The notes beneath the pieces were generated by a model. That model made no database searches. It was not told where the DNA came from and saw only the letters and a program-made list of their open reading frames with translations. From Acidobacteriota bacterium (GTDB lineage Bacteria > Acidobacteriota > UBA890 > WLXD01), in NCBI GenBank assembly GCA_965248695.1, contig CBDFKD010000002.1, forward strand, positions 1,440,001 to 1,504,000: a stretch of DNA of 64,000 nucleotides, in the 5' to 3' direction. Of the stretch, positions 38,501-48,074 are shown one piece after another. How positions within the stretch are numbered: the stretch's first letter is position 1; each line of letters opens with the position of its first letter. Position numbers and translations under genes: made by a program.

Positions 38501-38745
38501 AGGACCCGCTGAACTTCCCGCCGATGCTCGACAATCAAATTGTCAACGTCTACGGCTACGCGCTGGGTGGTTTCGGTGGTGGAGACAATCGCCCCACCGA
38601 AGGCGCCCACGAGCGCTTCGAGGACCTGAAGCCTCAGCTCGCCTCGTTGATGAGTCAGTTGCAGGAGATCATCGACAACGACCTGGCGGCGTTCAACGCG
38701 CTGGTATCGGGCGCCGACGTGCCCGCCGTCGTGGTTTCTCAGTAG
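35551..38745 (+). CDS. Secreted VPS10/BNR (Asp-box) repeat glycosyl hydrolase-like protein
   Basis: About 11 Asp-box SxDxGxxW motifs, PGTYTVRV domain, C-terminal coiled coil; signal peptide. Confidence 0.88.
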   Translation: MQPYQRTASVLVVIFVLATLATLSTSPAFAQGSHRDLQEDQANVIVDPAYLEGLEYRSSGFARGGRSTAVTGVIGDPLTYYFGSTGGGVWKTSDAGNNWTNISDGFFGVGAIGSIAVAPSDPNVLYAGTGSGCPRGNVSNGDGIYRSTDAGKTWSHIGLDHAGQIPKIRVHPNNPDVVYVAALGHIFGPNEDRGVFRSTDGGATWDKVLYIDEATGFNQVAMDVNNPRILYAAAWRVERKPWTLISGNDKGGIWKSTDGGDTWSQLGGGLPTGLVGKIDVTVSAANSDRLWALIEAEGALGGVYRSDDAGDSWRRINSAANLRQRPWYYTHIYADPKDENTVYALNTGVYRSIDGGTRFNQQISVPHGDNHDLWINPDSPEIMINANDGGANVSFNGGASWSWQMNQPTSEIYRVFVDNDWPYRIYGPQQDNSTISVPSVARGGFGSVFPDWYPVGGCESGHIAIDPRDNSVTYAGCYGGAISRVDRSTGSSRQILTYPQLQLGQAARDLKYRFQWNAPIRLSPHDPDVVYHTSQVVHRTRDAGQSWDVISPDLTTDNPETQDYAGGPISHDSTGVEVYNTIFAFEESQHTPGLLWSGSDDGKIHVSRDDGANWTDITPDNMPPGGTVNVIDLSAHDPGRAHVGVYRYREGDFRPYIFQTTDYGDSWRLLTDGSNGIPATNFVRAVREDPVQQGLIFAGTEYGMFVSFDDGAHWQTLQLDLPVTPVTDLQIYRGDLIVSTQGRGFWILDDMTMLRELDEAARADGNYLFAPRKAYRAGNFGPTRIRFHLAQEPEGDVTLTILDADGEVMEEVIGQAGAETPFAGGGGFFAQFGSGSAFLPAEEGLNTFIWRLREEGPDMPDDVTLWGFAPGRPVLPGTYTVRVASGEWSQEQQIVVDINPKPGLSHEDLRLQHEFLGDVAGAIDEMYDGLRSLRDIKKQSAEVVEQLGRADIDNEEITAAQESMADKLTAIEEQITQVKSRSSQDPLNFPPMLDNQIVNVYGYALGGFGGGDNRPTEGAHERFEDLKPQLASLMSQLQEIIDNDLAAFNALVSGADVPAVVVSQ

Positions 38746-38800
38746 CGGTTCCGTAGCTCGACACATCGCAGCACGTTGCAACGCCGGGGGACCGACGAAG

Positions 38801-39220
38801 ATGGCAAAGAGCTTTCTATACCGGGTGTTCGGGATCGGCGCCGTCCCCAAGAGCATCCTGCCGGCGCTGCGACGCGAGGGGATGGTGCTGCTGGAGGAGG
38901 GCATCACGGGAACGGTTACCTATCGCAACTTCCGCGCCCCCGGCCGGCGCTCCGGATACCGCGTCAGCTGGTTCGTAGGCTCCCTTGTCGTCACGCAGGA
39001 GAGTTTCGCCAGGTTCGCGTTCTCGAAACCGATCGTCCACGTCCCGATGCAGACCGCCTATCTGGACAAGCTCAGCATCGAAACCGAGGGCAACTCCAAG
39101 CTCCTCGTTGCGTACGATGCCTCGGAGTTCGATGACGCCTCTTCCGGGGCCGTCGAGTGTCGCTTTTCGACGCCAAGCGCACGGCGCGTTCTCGACCAGC
39201 TCCGCGCTCGAGCGAAGTAG
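38801..39220 (+). CDS. Hypothetical protein
   Basis: Coding-like codon usage and spacing; no family recognised. Confidence 0.65.
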   Translation: MAKSFLYRVFGIGAVPKSILPALRREGMVLLEEGITGTVTYRNFRAPGRRSGYRVSWFVGSLVVTQESFARFAFSKPIVHVPMQTAYLDKLSIETEGNSKLLVAYDASEFDDASSGAVECRFSTPSARRVLDQLRARAK

Positions 39221-39299
39221 CTCCACAACCGGACCCAGACCACGCGCCGCGCGCGGGTCGACTGGTATTCGCTCGGTCGCATCGCAACCACGTAACTTC

Positions 39300-39419
39300 C
39301 GGCGGCGTCCAACCGTAGACAGGAGCAGGGACCGCTCGAACGGCACGATCGGCTCCGGAGGGCGCTCGATCTCGCTGTCGACGATGAACGGCGACATACG
39401 GGTGCGGCGGGCGTCCTGA
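39300..39419 (+). pseudogene. C-terminal remnant of a DUF4097-type beta-repeat protein
   Basis: NGTIGSGGRSISLSTMNGDIRVRRAS* matches the typical family C-terminus; no plausible start or upstream body. Confidence 0.45.
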
Positions 39420-39852
39420 TCTGCTGGTCGCGGCGTTGACGCCGCTCGGGAGCTTTCTTGTGTGGGAGCTAGGGCGGTGGCGGCGTGGCATCCGTCTTGG
39501 ACAGCGTCGCCGTTTGGTGGTCGATGGGTTTGGTTGCTCACGCGTCTCAGGCGTAGGTGGGTGAGCTTCTGGTTTGGCGATGCTGTCTACGACGGATACC
39601 GCGCCGCCACCGCCCTACCGACCATCGAGGTTTCCGGCCCTAGCGTCGACCCCGACCTCAAGAGCCGACCGGAGGCCGATATCAACGGCTTTGCCGACGT
39701 GACGGGGTCATTCGCAGGTAAGGAGAGCAAGGCGGCACCGGTCGGCCCGTCGCAGCGACGCCTTCCATCGGCTCGTGTTCCTGAGCGAGCCCGGCGCGGA
39801 GCTCCGGAGAGCGACCTCCGTGTCCGCCCCGCCGACCTCTACAACCCGGCGA

Positions 39853-40527
39853 TCAACCAGCTCCCAGCGCCGATCGAACTCGGCGAACGTACTCCAAGCT
39901 GACGCCGTGGATTCGCAGCTTCACCAGTTGCTCGGGCGCAATGTCAGCGTAGCCGAGACCGTTCATGCCGCGGACGAAATCAGCGGACACGCCGTGGATG
40001 GCGAACTTGACCAGGTCCGCCTCCGGTAGGTCTCCGTAGCCGAGATCGGCCAGCGCAGCGACGTACGCGGTGGTGACGTTCTGGGTTGCGAACAGGAACA
40101 ACCGCTCGGTGGACAGGCCTGGATACCCCAGGTCGGCCATGCGGCGTACATACGCAGCATCGGCCGTGAAGGCGAAGAAGCCGGTGCCGCGGCCACTGCG
40201 AAACTCACCGTCGAAGACGAGCGAGCCTGCCTCGCGTGCCAGGCGGAAGCTGACGTCGGTGGCGGTGCCACGCACCTGTGACAACGGGACTCCGCTCAGT
40301 TCGCTGATGTCGACGCCAAAGCCCGTCTGCCAGTTTCCCTGGTCACGTCCACGGTCGAGCTTGAGGTTCAAATGCACCCGCGGTGCGCGCTCGGTGTCGC
40401 GATCGTCCTCCCAAGAGCGAGACTCCCACAGGCCGCTGACCTCCTGCGCCAGGGCCGGGCCCGGGAGGATCACCGCCGCGGCGATTGCGATGGTTCCGGC
40501 GACAAACAGCAGCTTTCGCGCCTTCAT
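39853..40527 (-). CDS. Secreted protein with N-terminal beta domain and 3-4 IHGVS helical repeats
   Basis: Signal peptide ending ALA-Q; LVKFAIHGVS and LVKLRIHGVS repeats; ATGA overlap with the M56 gene. Confidence 0.78.
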   Translation of the reverse strand: MKARKLLFVAGTIAIAAAVILPGPALAQEVSGLWESRSWEDDRDTERAPRVHLNLKLDRGRDQGNWQTGFGVDISELSGVPLSQVRGTATDVSFRLAREAGSLVFDGEFRSGRGTGFFAFTADAAYVRRMADLGYPGLSTERLFLFATQNVTTAYVAALADLGYGDLPEADLVKFAIHGVSADFVRGMNGLGYADIAPEQLVKLRIHGVSLEYVRRVRSALGAG

Positions 40528-42677
40528 TGCTGGGCTCCAGAGCGCTTCCGGAGGATTCGCTCCATGCCGTGAATCCTGATATCGATCAGGTCCTTCGCGG
40601 TCAGGTCGTCGTACCCGGCCTCGCGAAGCTCCTGCACCAGCGCAGCGCTGACACCGTGTATCCGCATTCGCTTGAGTGTCTCGAATGACAGCTCCTCGGC
40701 CAGCGACGACGACATCGCCGCGGCGAACTCGGGAGAGATCCCGTGGATGCGCGCCGCGACCAGTTCATCCAGACCGAGATCCGCGCCGAAGGCGGCACGC
40801 AGCTCGCTAGCGTACGAGCCCGATACCCCGTGGATCCGCAGCTTGATCAGCGCGTCGACATCAGGCTGGCTGCCCAGCAGGTCGGTCATCTCCTCGACGA
40901 GCTCGGGTCCGACGCCGTGAATCCTCATCTTCTTGAGCTGCTCGAAATCGAGCGATGCGCCGAGCAGCGTCGACATCCTGCCGGCGAACTCTGCCGACAC
41001 GCCGTGGATCCGGGCGGTGATCAAGTCCTGCATCTGCATCTCGGCTCCGAACGAGCTCCGCATGTCGCGTGCGAACTCTCCCGAGACACCATGGATCCGC
41101 AACTTCACGAGCTGCTCGATGTCCAGACCAGCGCCGAAGAGGTTGCTCATCTCGTCGATGAACTCCGCGCTGATGCCGTGGATCCGCATCTTGATCAGCT
41201 GGTCGATGGACGGACGCGGCTCCTGGGCTGCCGACCACCCGCCAAAAGGAGTCGCGCTGAAGGGAACTGAGCCGAAGGGTGTGGGGCCGGGAGCCGTGCG
41301 TTCGGCTGGCGCGTGTCGGATGACGGCGTCTCCGATAGTCGCTTGCCCAATGACGGCCTTTTCCACCGGCACCGGAGCCGGAGCCGCTGGCTGCTGGACG
41401 GCACGAGGCGCGGCCGGCGTCGACTGCAACTCCGACCTCAGTTTCAGTGTCGGGACCAGTTGCGCGCTTGCGGGGGTAGCCGACGGCGTTGGCGCAGCGG
41501 CCTCGGTCGCCACCGGCTGCAGTGCGGCCAGGGGCACGATCAGGGCAAGAGATGCGGTTGCCAGGGACACGATGGTTCTCCGATTCGGGGAGGTTCTGCC
41601 GGCGTTGGGATCGAGAATCGCCTGCACCCACTGGCGCAGACGAGTGGAGCGCAGTAGCGCGATGGCGACGCCCGGCTGTGACGCATGGTGCATCGTCCGC
41701 GCCACTTCGACGAGGTGAGCGGCGTAGGTCGATGGCCTGAAGCCGGCGTGCAACACGACGTCATCGCAAGCGTGCTCCCGCTCACGGTGCAACCGCCGGC
41801 GCGCCATCCAGACGAGGGGATTGAACCAGTAGACGGAAACAGCCAGATGGGCGATCAGCTGGGTGGCGTAGTCGCGGCGGCGCACATGCGCCAACTCGTG
41901 GAGCAATACCGCAGTCTGGCAATCGGTCGACCAGCGTTGCATTCCGCTCGGCACGAGCACACGCGGACTCCACAGCTGCCAGGTCACCGGAACAGCGATC
42001 CGATCGCTCTGCAGCAAGAGCACGCGTTGGCGTATTCCGAGGCGCCGCGCCGCGTCGTGCAGGCGCGCATGCAGTGGGCCGCCGGTCACCGGACGGGATC
42101 CGCGCTCAATCCAGACAACTCGACCGAGGCCCGCGATCAGCTGGCCGAACAGTATGGCCGCGCCGGTAGCCCAGGCGACCAGCAGCAGCTCGGCACGATG
42201 TGCCTGGATACCGTTCGTTGGTAGCCCGATCGCTTCCGGTTGCGACCCGATTGCGGGTGGGCGATAGACGCTCGTAGCATCCACGACAACCCGTTCAGCT
42301 GACCTCTCGCCCATCGGCGGCAACTCGGTCCCGCGCCCGTCGCCGGCCACCTCGGTATCGGTCTCTAGCGACCAGGGAGGCGTCTGCCAGCTTGGTGCCG
42401 TTTGCCGCGGCGCCGGCGCCGATGGCGGCCCGGCCGAGGTGCTGGAGGTTGCTACCGCCGGCAGGAGCGGAACCTCCCAGGCCGGAACCAGGACCGAGAG
42501 GAGAGGCAACAACAGCGTCGCGACGATGCCAGCGCTCCACACCAGGGCACGTGTCCCGGACGAGCTGCGCCGGAGCATCCAGGCGACGGCCGCCGTGGTC
42601 ACCATCGCCATCGTCACCCTGACTGTCAGATCGGCTAGCAGCAGCATCTCAACGGCCTTCCCGTCGAGCTGCGGCAA
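40524..42677 (-). CDS. BlaR1/MecR1-like M56 metallopeptidase with C-terminal eight-fold RIHG repeat domain
   Basis: LLHELAHVRRRD, YWFNPLVW, REHACDD; eight RIHG repeats about 29 aa apart. Confidence 0.9.
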   Translation of the reverse strand: MPQLDGKAVEMLLLADLTVRVTMAMVTTAAVAWMLRRSSSGTRALVWSAGIVATLLLPLLSVLVPAWEVPLLPAVATSSTSAGPPSAPAPRQTAPSWQTPPWSLETDTEVAGDGRGTELPPMGERSAERVVVDATSVYRPPAIGSQPEAIGLPTNGIQAHRAELLLVAWATGAAILFGQLIAGLGRVVWIERGSRPVTGGPLHARLHDAARRLGIRQRVLLLQSDRIAVPVTWQLWSPRVLVPSGMQRWSTDCQTAVLLHELAHVRRRDYATQLIAHLAVSVYWFNPLVWMARRRLHREREHACDDVVLHAGFRPSTYAAHLVEVARTMHHASQPGVAIALLRSTRLRQWVQAILDPNAGRTSPNRRTIVSLATASLALIVPLAALQPVATEAAAPTPSATPASAQLVPTLKLRSELQSTPAAPRAVQQPAAPAPVPVEKAVIGQATIGDAVIRHAPAERTAPGPTPFGSVPFSATPFGGWSAAQEPRPSIDQLIKMRIHGISAEFIDEMSNLFGAGLDIEQLVKLRIHGVSGEFARDMRSSFGAEMQMQDLITARIHGVSAEFAGRMSTLLGASLDFEQLKKMRIHGVGPELVEEMTDLLGSQPDVDALIKLRIHGVSGSYASELRAAFGADLGLDELVAARIHGISPEFAAAMSSSLAEELSFETLKRMRIHGVSAALVQELREAGYDDLTAKDLIDIRIHGMERILRKRSGAQQ
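40527..41213 (-). repeat. Eight tandem ~87-bp (29-aa) coding repeats
   Basis: QLIKMRIHGIS, QLVKLRIHGVS, DLITARIHGVS, QLKKMRIHGVG, ALIKLRIHGVS, ELVAARIHGIS, TLKRMRIHGVS, DLIDIRIHGME. Confidence 0.9.
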
Positions 42678-43035
42678 TCATGTCGCGCAGCTGGTCGATC
42701 TCATCATCAGGAAGATCTTCGGCACACTCGAGCAGCGCCGCCACAGCCCGGCTCGTCGAGCCTTCGAAGAATGTGGTCAGCAGCCGGCGAGCGGCATCGC
42801 GCTGCGCCGAGCGCCGTGAGACCGTTGGCCAGAAAACGTAATGGTGGCTACGGCGCTCGTGTCGCAGATGCCCTTTCTGCTCCAGCACGCTCAGTGCCGC
42901 GCGTACGGCCGAATAGCTCGGCGGGTCCGGAATCTCGGCACGGATCTCCGCCGCCGTGGCACTTCCCCGCCGGAAGACCACATCCATGATCTGACGCTCG
43001 CGTCGCGTCAAATGCTCGTGAGATCGGCTGGCCAT
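42649..43035 (-). CDS. BlaI/MecI/CopY family repressor
   Basis: LTRRERQIMDV, SYSAVRAALSVLEQKG, LLTTFFEGS...AVAALL. Confidence 0.92.
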   Translation of the reverse strand: MASRSHEHLTRRERQIMDVVFRRGSATAAEIRAEIPDPPSYSAVRAALSVLEQKGHLRHERRSHHYVFWPTVSRRSAQRDAARRLLTTFFEGSTSRAVAALLECAEDLPDDEIDQLRDMIAAARREGR

Positions 43036-43090
43036 CGCTGCAAGCCACGAGGGGGATCGGGCGGTGCGTGCTCAACAGGCACGCTGAAAC

Positions 43091-43148
43091 TGCTGCAAAT
43101 CTAGCATTTCAATCCACACCGTCAAGCGACTTTGCAGTTTTTCCAGCA
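43091..43148 (-). promoter_or_regulatory. Sigma70 promoter of the blaI operon with two putative operator boxes
   Basis: Minus strand TTGACG-N16-TAGATT with extended -10 TGn. 16-bp boxes TGCTAGATTTGCAGCA (43091-43106, over the -10) and TGCTGGAAAAACTGCA (43133-43148). Confidence 0.6.
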
Positions 43149-43170
43149 TTTTCGTCGCCGCTCCGGCCGC

Positions 43171-44298
43171 CTAGTGAAGGAACAGATCGACGATTTGCTG
43201 AGTCGGAAAACCGGGGGCGCCACTCATGTTGCTGATGATGGCGATCACGAGCCCGTCGTCCGGCAACAGCATGAGGCCGGTGGTACCGCCCACCGAACCG
43301 CCACCATGACCTACGGTGCGGCGGCCAGCGCTGTCCGTGCCGACCGTCCAGCCAATTCCGTAGCCAGTTTCGGCGCCATCGCTGGTTCGCTGCGACGTCT
43401 GCCACTGGCGCAACGTCGCTGCCTCCAGGAAGCCGGGGCCGATGTGCGCCATGCCGAACCGCACCAGATCCTGTGCCGTGGAGACAAAGCCGCCCCCGGC
43501 CCACTTGTAGCTGTTGTCAACCCACGGGGCGTTATACAGCAGACCGTCATCCCGGCGCTCGTAGGGCCGGACTCGCTCGGGAACAATCAAGTGGTTCTGA
43601 TCGGCAGCCGTGTCGAGCATACCGAGGGGCTCGAAAACGCGGCTTTGCATCTGTGGGAGGAAGTCCTCGCCGCTGGCCCCCTCGATCACGGCGCTGATCA
43701 GATTCCATCCGTAGCTCGTGTACTGGTACTCGGTACCCGGCTCGAACTCCAACGGGTCGGCGGCGAAGATCGCCAGCCCATCCAAGACAGTGTCGTAGTG
43801 GACCGCGCTGAGGAACTCATCGCCCTCGTAGTCGCGAATGCCGGCGAGATGGCCAGCGAGCAGGCGCGTCGAGATCGGGGATCTCTTGTCGGGAAAGGTC
43901 GGCACATATACCTGCACCGGCGCGTCGAGATCGATCTTGCCCTCCTCGTAGAGCAGACCGAGCAACGACGCGGTCATCGGCTTGGCGACGCTGCCGACGC
44001 GAAATCGGGAGGTGGGCCGTACCGCGACTCGCTGTTCGATATCGGCCCACCCGAATCCCTCAGCCCAGACGATCGTGCCGTCGATGCCAACCGCGATCGA
44101 TAGCCCGGGGTACTCCAACAGCCGTTCGTGAATCACGGCGCGCGCCGCCTCGATGGCGGCACCGTGCGCCGAGTGGCGCTGCTGAGCGTATTGCGCCGCC
44201 CCTGCCCGGCCGGCGAGGATCGCCGGTCCGCAGGCCGCGGCGACCACAAGCAAGAGGGCAAACCGTCGGTAGAACCACCGAGATCCGCGTGTCTTCAT
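43171..44298 (-). CDS. Secreted class C beta-lactamase-family serine hydrolase
   Basis: FRVGSVAK (SxxK), YQYTS, GHGG, LAGHLAG. Confidence 0.9.
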   Translation of the reverse strand: MKTRGSRWFYRRFALLLVVAAACGPAILAGRAGAAQYAQQRHSAHGAAIEAARAVIHERLLEYPGLSIAVGIDGTIVWAEGFGWADIEQRVAVRPTSRFRVGSVAKPMTASLLGLLYEEGKIDLDAPVQVYVPTFPDKRSPISTRLLAGHLAGIRDYEGDEFLSAVHYDTVLDGLAIFAADPLEFEPGTEYQYTSYGWNLISAVIEGASGEDFLPQMQSRVFEPLGMLDTAADQNHLIVPERVRPYERRDDGLLYNAPWVDNSYKWAGGGFVSTAQDLVRFGMAHIGPGFLEAATLRQWQTSQRTSDGAETGYGIGWTVGTDSAGRRTVGHGGGSVGGTTGLMLLPDDGLVIAIISNMSGAPGFPTQQIVDLFLH

Positions 44299-44317
44299 GC
44301 CGATCGCTCCCTTACTG

Positions 44318-45277
44318 CTAGGCGAGAAAGTCAACTTCCAGACCGACTCCTGCCGCACGAGCCTGCTCGTAGACGAGGCGTGCCAAGGCAACGTCCTGCA
44401 CCGCCAGGCCGGTGGAGTCGAACACGGTTACCTCGTCGTCGGTCTCGCGACCCGATGCTTGCCCGGCGACGATCTCTCCCAGGGCAGCGTGAATGCCCTC
44501 TCTGGTCAGCGAGCCGTCGTGCAGCGGAACGTTCACCTCGCCGCTCTCACAGGCCTGATGCCAGTCATCGATCACTACCTTGGCCGCCGCCATCAAGCTG
44601 GATTCGAGCTCTTGCTTGCCATGCGCGTCGGCGCCCATCGCATTGATATGAGCACCGGGCTTGACCCACTCGTGGCGCACGATCGGCGTGCGCGAGGGGG
44701 TTGCCGTACACACGATGTCGCAGGCTGCGGCGTCAGCCACCTCGCCGACAGACCCACCAACCTCGGCAGCGAAGGCCGCCGCCGCGTCCGCATGTCGATC
44801 GGACGCCACCACCTCCAGTTGGTCGAAAACTACGTGCAGAGCATCGAGCAGAGTGCGCGCCTGCACACCGCAACCGACAAATCCGACCGTACGGGCGTCG
44901 GGTCGCGCAAGGTACTTGGCAGCGACGCCGGCCGATGCGCCGGTGCGCAGCGCGGTGATCAGGGTGGCATCCATGACCGCCAGCGGCCTGGCAGTGGCCG
45001 GATCACTGAGGATGTACATCCCGAGCACCGAGGGCAACCCGTGGGTCTCCGGGTTGTGCGGATGGGAGTTCACCCATTTCACGCCGGCCGACCCGTCCAT
45101 GTAGGCGGGCATGGCACGGAAGTCGCCCTGATACTGCGGCAAGTCGAGGTAGACCTTCACCGGCATCTGCGTTTCGCCGCGCCCGTGCGCCTCGAATGCC
45201 GCCTCGATCGCCGGAACCACGGAGCTCATGTTCACCACGGAGCGAATGTCGGACTGCGTCAGAATCAGCGACTTCAC
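44318..45277 (-). CDS. Ornithine cyclodeaminase/mu-crystallin family, alanine dehydrogenase-like
   Basis: GDFRAMP, VKWVNSHPHNP, TALRTGA, GCGVQA, FDSTGLAVQD. Confidence 0.88.
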   Translation of the reverse strand: MKSLILTQSDIRSVVNMSSVVPAIEAAFEAHGRGETQMPVKVYLDLPQYQGDFRAMPAYMDGSAGVKWVNSHPHNPETHGLPSVLGMYILSDPATARPLAVMDATLITALRTGASAGVAAKYLARPDARTVGFVGCGVQARTLLDALHVVFDQLEVVASDRHADAAAAFAAEVGGSVGEVADAAACDIVCTATPSRTPIVRHEWVKPGAHINAMGADAHGKQELESSLMAAAKVVIDDWHQACESGEVNVPLHDGSLTREGIHAALGEIVAGQASGRETDDEVTVFDSTGLAVQDVALARLVYEQARAAGVGLEVDFLA

Positions 45278-45338
45278 GGCGTTCTCACAAGTGCAAGAGG
45301 GGCGGGTCGTGGTCGGCGCATTCGGTAGACTGCCGCGC

Positions 45339-48033
45339 ATGATACGTCGCGTGCTGGCGCGCGCCGAGTCGTTGGTACTCGATTATCCGCGCCCCGTCCT
45401 GATCGTCGCGGCGGCGCTCTGTGCCATCTCCATCTGGCTGGGAGCCGGGATCGAGCTGATCACCTCGCGCGAGGAGCTGGTGCCGGAGGGAGATATCAGC
45501 TGGGCGCGTTGGACCGAGTTGCGGACGCAGTTTGCCAGTGCGGAGCCGCTGATTCTCGCACTTGAACCGAGCGCGGAGCATGTGACGGTCGATGACCTGG
45601 AGATCGCTGCAGGCGATATTGGCGGGTTGCTCGAAGCCGACCCGCTGGTGCGCAGCGTGTTCTACCGAATCGACTTCGACTGGTTGGCGGACCAGGCGCT
45701 GGCGCTGGCGCCCGCCAGCGATGTCGACGAGGCGGTCGAGACGCTGCAGCGGCTGTTTGCCGTCGACGGGACACTGACCCTGACGGGCTGGGCGGATCTC
45801 AACGAGCGGATTGCCGACGAGCTCGAGAGCTCACTCCAGTCCGGCGCTGTCCTGTCGGCTGACGCCGCCACCGCGGCCGCCCGCTGGTTGCCGGCGATCG
45901 TCGAAGCCGAGCTCGACTTTCTTGAGGATCCTCAGCGGTTGATCGAGCTTCTGAAGCATCCATCCCGATTGCTGGTCGACGCCGAGCGGCCGGGATCCTT
46001 GACCGGCAACGGTTACCTGTCTACCGATGACGAGCGTTTCGTGTTCGTCCTCATCAACCCGGCGTCGACCGATGGCAGCCTGAGTGCCCAGCGCGCCCTG
46101 GTCGACAGCGTCCGTGCAGCCGCCCGCACCGCTCTGTCGGATCGACCGGGTATTCGTTACGGCCTGACCGGACCGGCCGCGATGACCGTCGAGGAGATGA
46201 ACGCCATCGGTCGAGACGGCCGCCGCACGTCGTGGATCGCCATCCTCGGCGTTCTCGCGGTCTCGTTGCTGGTCTTCCGCCGTCGCCGCCACGCGCTGCT
46301 GTGCCTGGGAACGCTGGCCGCCGGCGTCGTGTGGTCCATCGGCGCGGTACGGCTCGAGATCGGATCGCTGAACGTCATCACCACAGCGTTGGTTCCTATC
46401 CTCATCGGCATGGGAATCGACTATGCCGTGCACCCACTCTCTCAGTACGAGCTCGAGCGTCAACAGCTAGGGCGACGACAGGCCGTGCGCGCCATGCTCC
46501 GCAAGACGCGTGCGGCGGTGATCGCATCGGCGTTCACGCACGCCGCTGCATTCGCCTGCCTGATGCTGATGGAGTTCCGCGGCTTCTCCCAGCTAGGGCT
46601 CGTCACCAGCGTCGGCGTACTGCTCTGCCTGCTGGCGGCGCTGCTGGTACTACCGGCACTGTTGCTCCTGGGCGGCGCCCCCGGCCGCGACGAGGGCAGA
46701 GGTCGGGCTGCCGTGGACCAGCTGTGGGACGCACGCGCCGCCCGCTGGGTCTGCAAATCGCCGCGCGTCGTCATCGTGCTGGCAATCGGTGCAACGGCGG
46801 TCGCACGGCTCGCGGCAACGGGCGTGCGGCTACAGTCGAGCCTGCTCGAGCTGCTGCCGGCGGGCGCCGAGTCGCTGCGATATCTGGAGATCATCAACAA
46901 CGAGTCGGCCTTGAGCCACGACTTCAACCTCGTGGTTGCCGACAATCTGGACCAACTGCGTGCGCTGCGTACCCGGGCCGGTGACGCACCCAGCATCCGG
47001 CGGTTCGAATCGATCCTCACTTTTCTGCCCGAGGAGCCGCCAGCCTCCGAGGCCGTGGCGGCACGCGCGCGCCAGGTTCTAGAGGCTATCGAGATCGCCG
47101 GCGGGACGTTCGACGGCCGACGGCTGCAAGCGTCCCTGTCGCGCCTCGAGCCGTTGCTGGCAGATGCCGCCGACGAGGCGTTCGTTGCCGGCCAGGCGAC
47201 GGCATCTGGCGCGCTGGAGACGGCACGCCAAGCGGCCGAAGCGGCGCTCCAACTGACGGCCGGCGCCGATCCGCAGCAACTAGCCAGGTGGGCCGCAGCG
47301 GACGGCGACCTCCACCGCGCAGCCAGCGTGGCACTGAAGCGCTTGCAACAAGCGGCCACCACGCCACTTCCGACCCGGGAAACTCTTCCGGCCAACATCG
47401 TCGACCGCTTTGTTACCGAACGAGGGCTGTACGTCGCCTATCTGTATCCGGCAGGCGACATCTACGACACCGACTTCCTGCGCCAGTTCAACGCTGCATC
47501 GGCGCGAATCGCCACCAACGCCATCGGCTTTCCGGTGCTGTTCGAGAACCACTCCGCCATGATCACCTCCGGCTTCGGGCTCGCGTTCGCCGCCGCCGCG
47601 CTGATGGTGTTCCTGGTACTGCTCCTCGATCTGCGCAACACGCGCCACACGTTGCTGGCGCTGGTGCCGGTGTTCGTCGGCACGATCTGGATGCTCGGCT
47701 TCATGCGGGCTTTCGGCCTGGCGTTCAACTTCGCCAACCTGGTGGCGGTGCCCATCGTGCTCGGCGTTGGCATCGATGCAGGCGTCCACATCGTCCACCG
47801 CATGCGATTGGAGGGCGACGACGGCATCATGACTGCCGTCACCCATACCGGTCGTGCGATCCTCATCGCGTCGCTGACCACCATGGTGGGCTTCGGTAGC
47901 CTGGTGTTCGCGAGCCACCGCGGCATGGCGTAGCCTCGGGGCGCTCTTGCTGGTGGGAGTCGGCGCGTGCACGATCGCCGCCCTGTTCGTGTTGCCGAAC
48001 CTGTTGATCGTGTGCCGCATCGCGCGCCGCTGA
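45339..48033 (+). CDS. MMPL/RND lipid transporter (HpnN/BstA-like); 1-nt frameshift at ~47931 removes the last TM helix as written
   Basis: Two RND halves with GMGIDYAVH and GVGIDAGVHIVH. HRGMA* continues in the +1 frame as SLGALLLVGVGACTIAALFVLPNLL...* to 48033. Confidence 0.85.
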
Positions 48034-48074
48034 CCATCGGCGGCTATTCTTGCCGTCGGTACCGACCACTCACG

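Noticed and set aside
35551-38745. Asp-box repeats in the 1065-aa secreted protein as a novelty
   Set aside because: This is a common VPS10/BNR family, widespread in Acidobacteria, Gemmatimonadota and Bacteroidota.
39462-39902. 146-aa ORF on the + strand
   Set aside because: No RBS, atypical composition, no recognisable motif, and it overlaps the end of the convergent gene.
40527-41213. Regularly spaced CCGTGGATCCG-like DNA repeats as a possible CRISPR array
   Set aside because: The period is ~87 bp, in frame and degenerate at third positions, so these are protein repeats; no cas genes are present.
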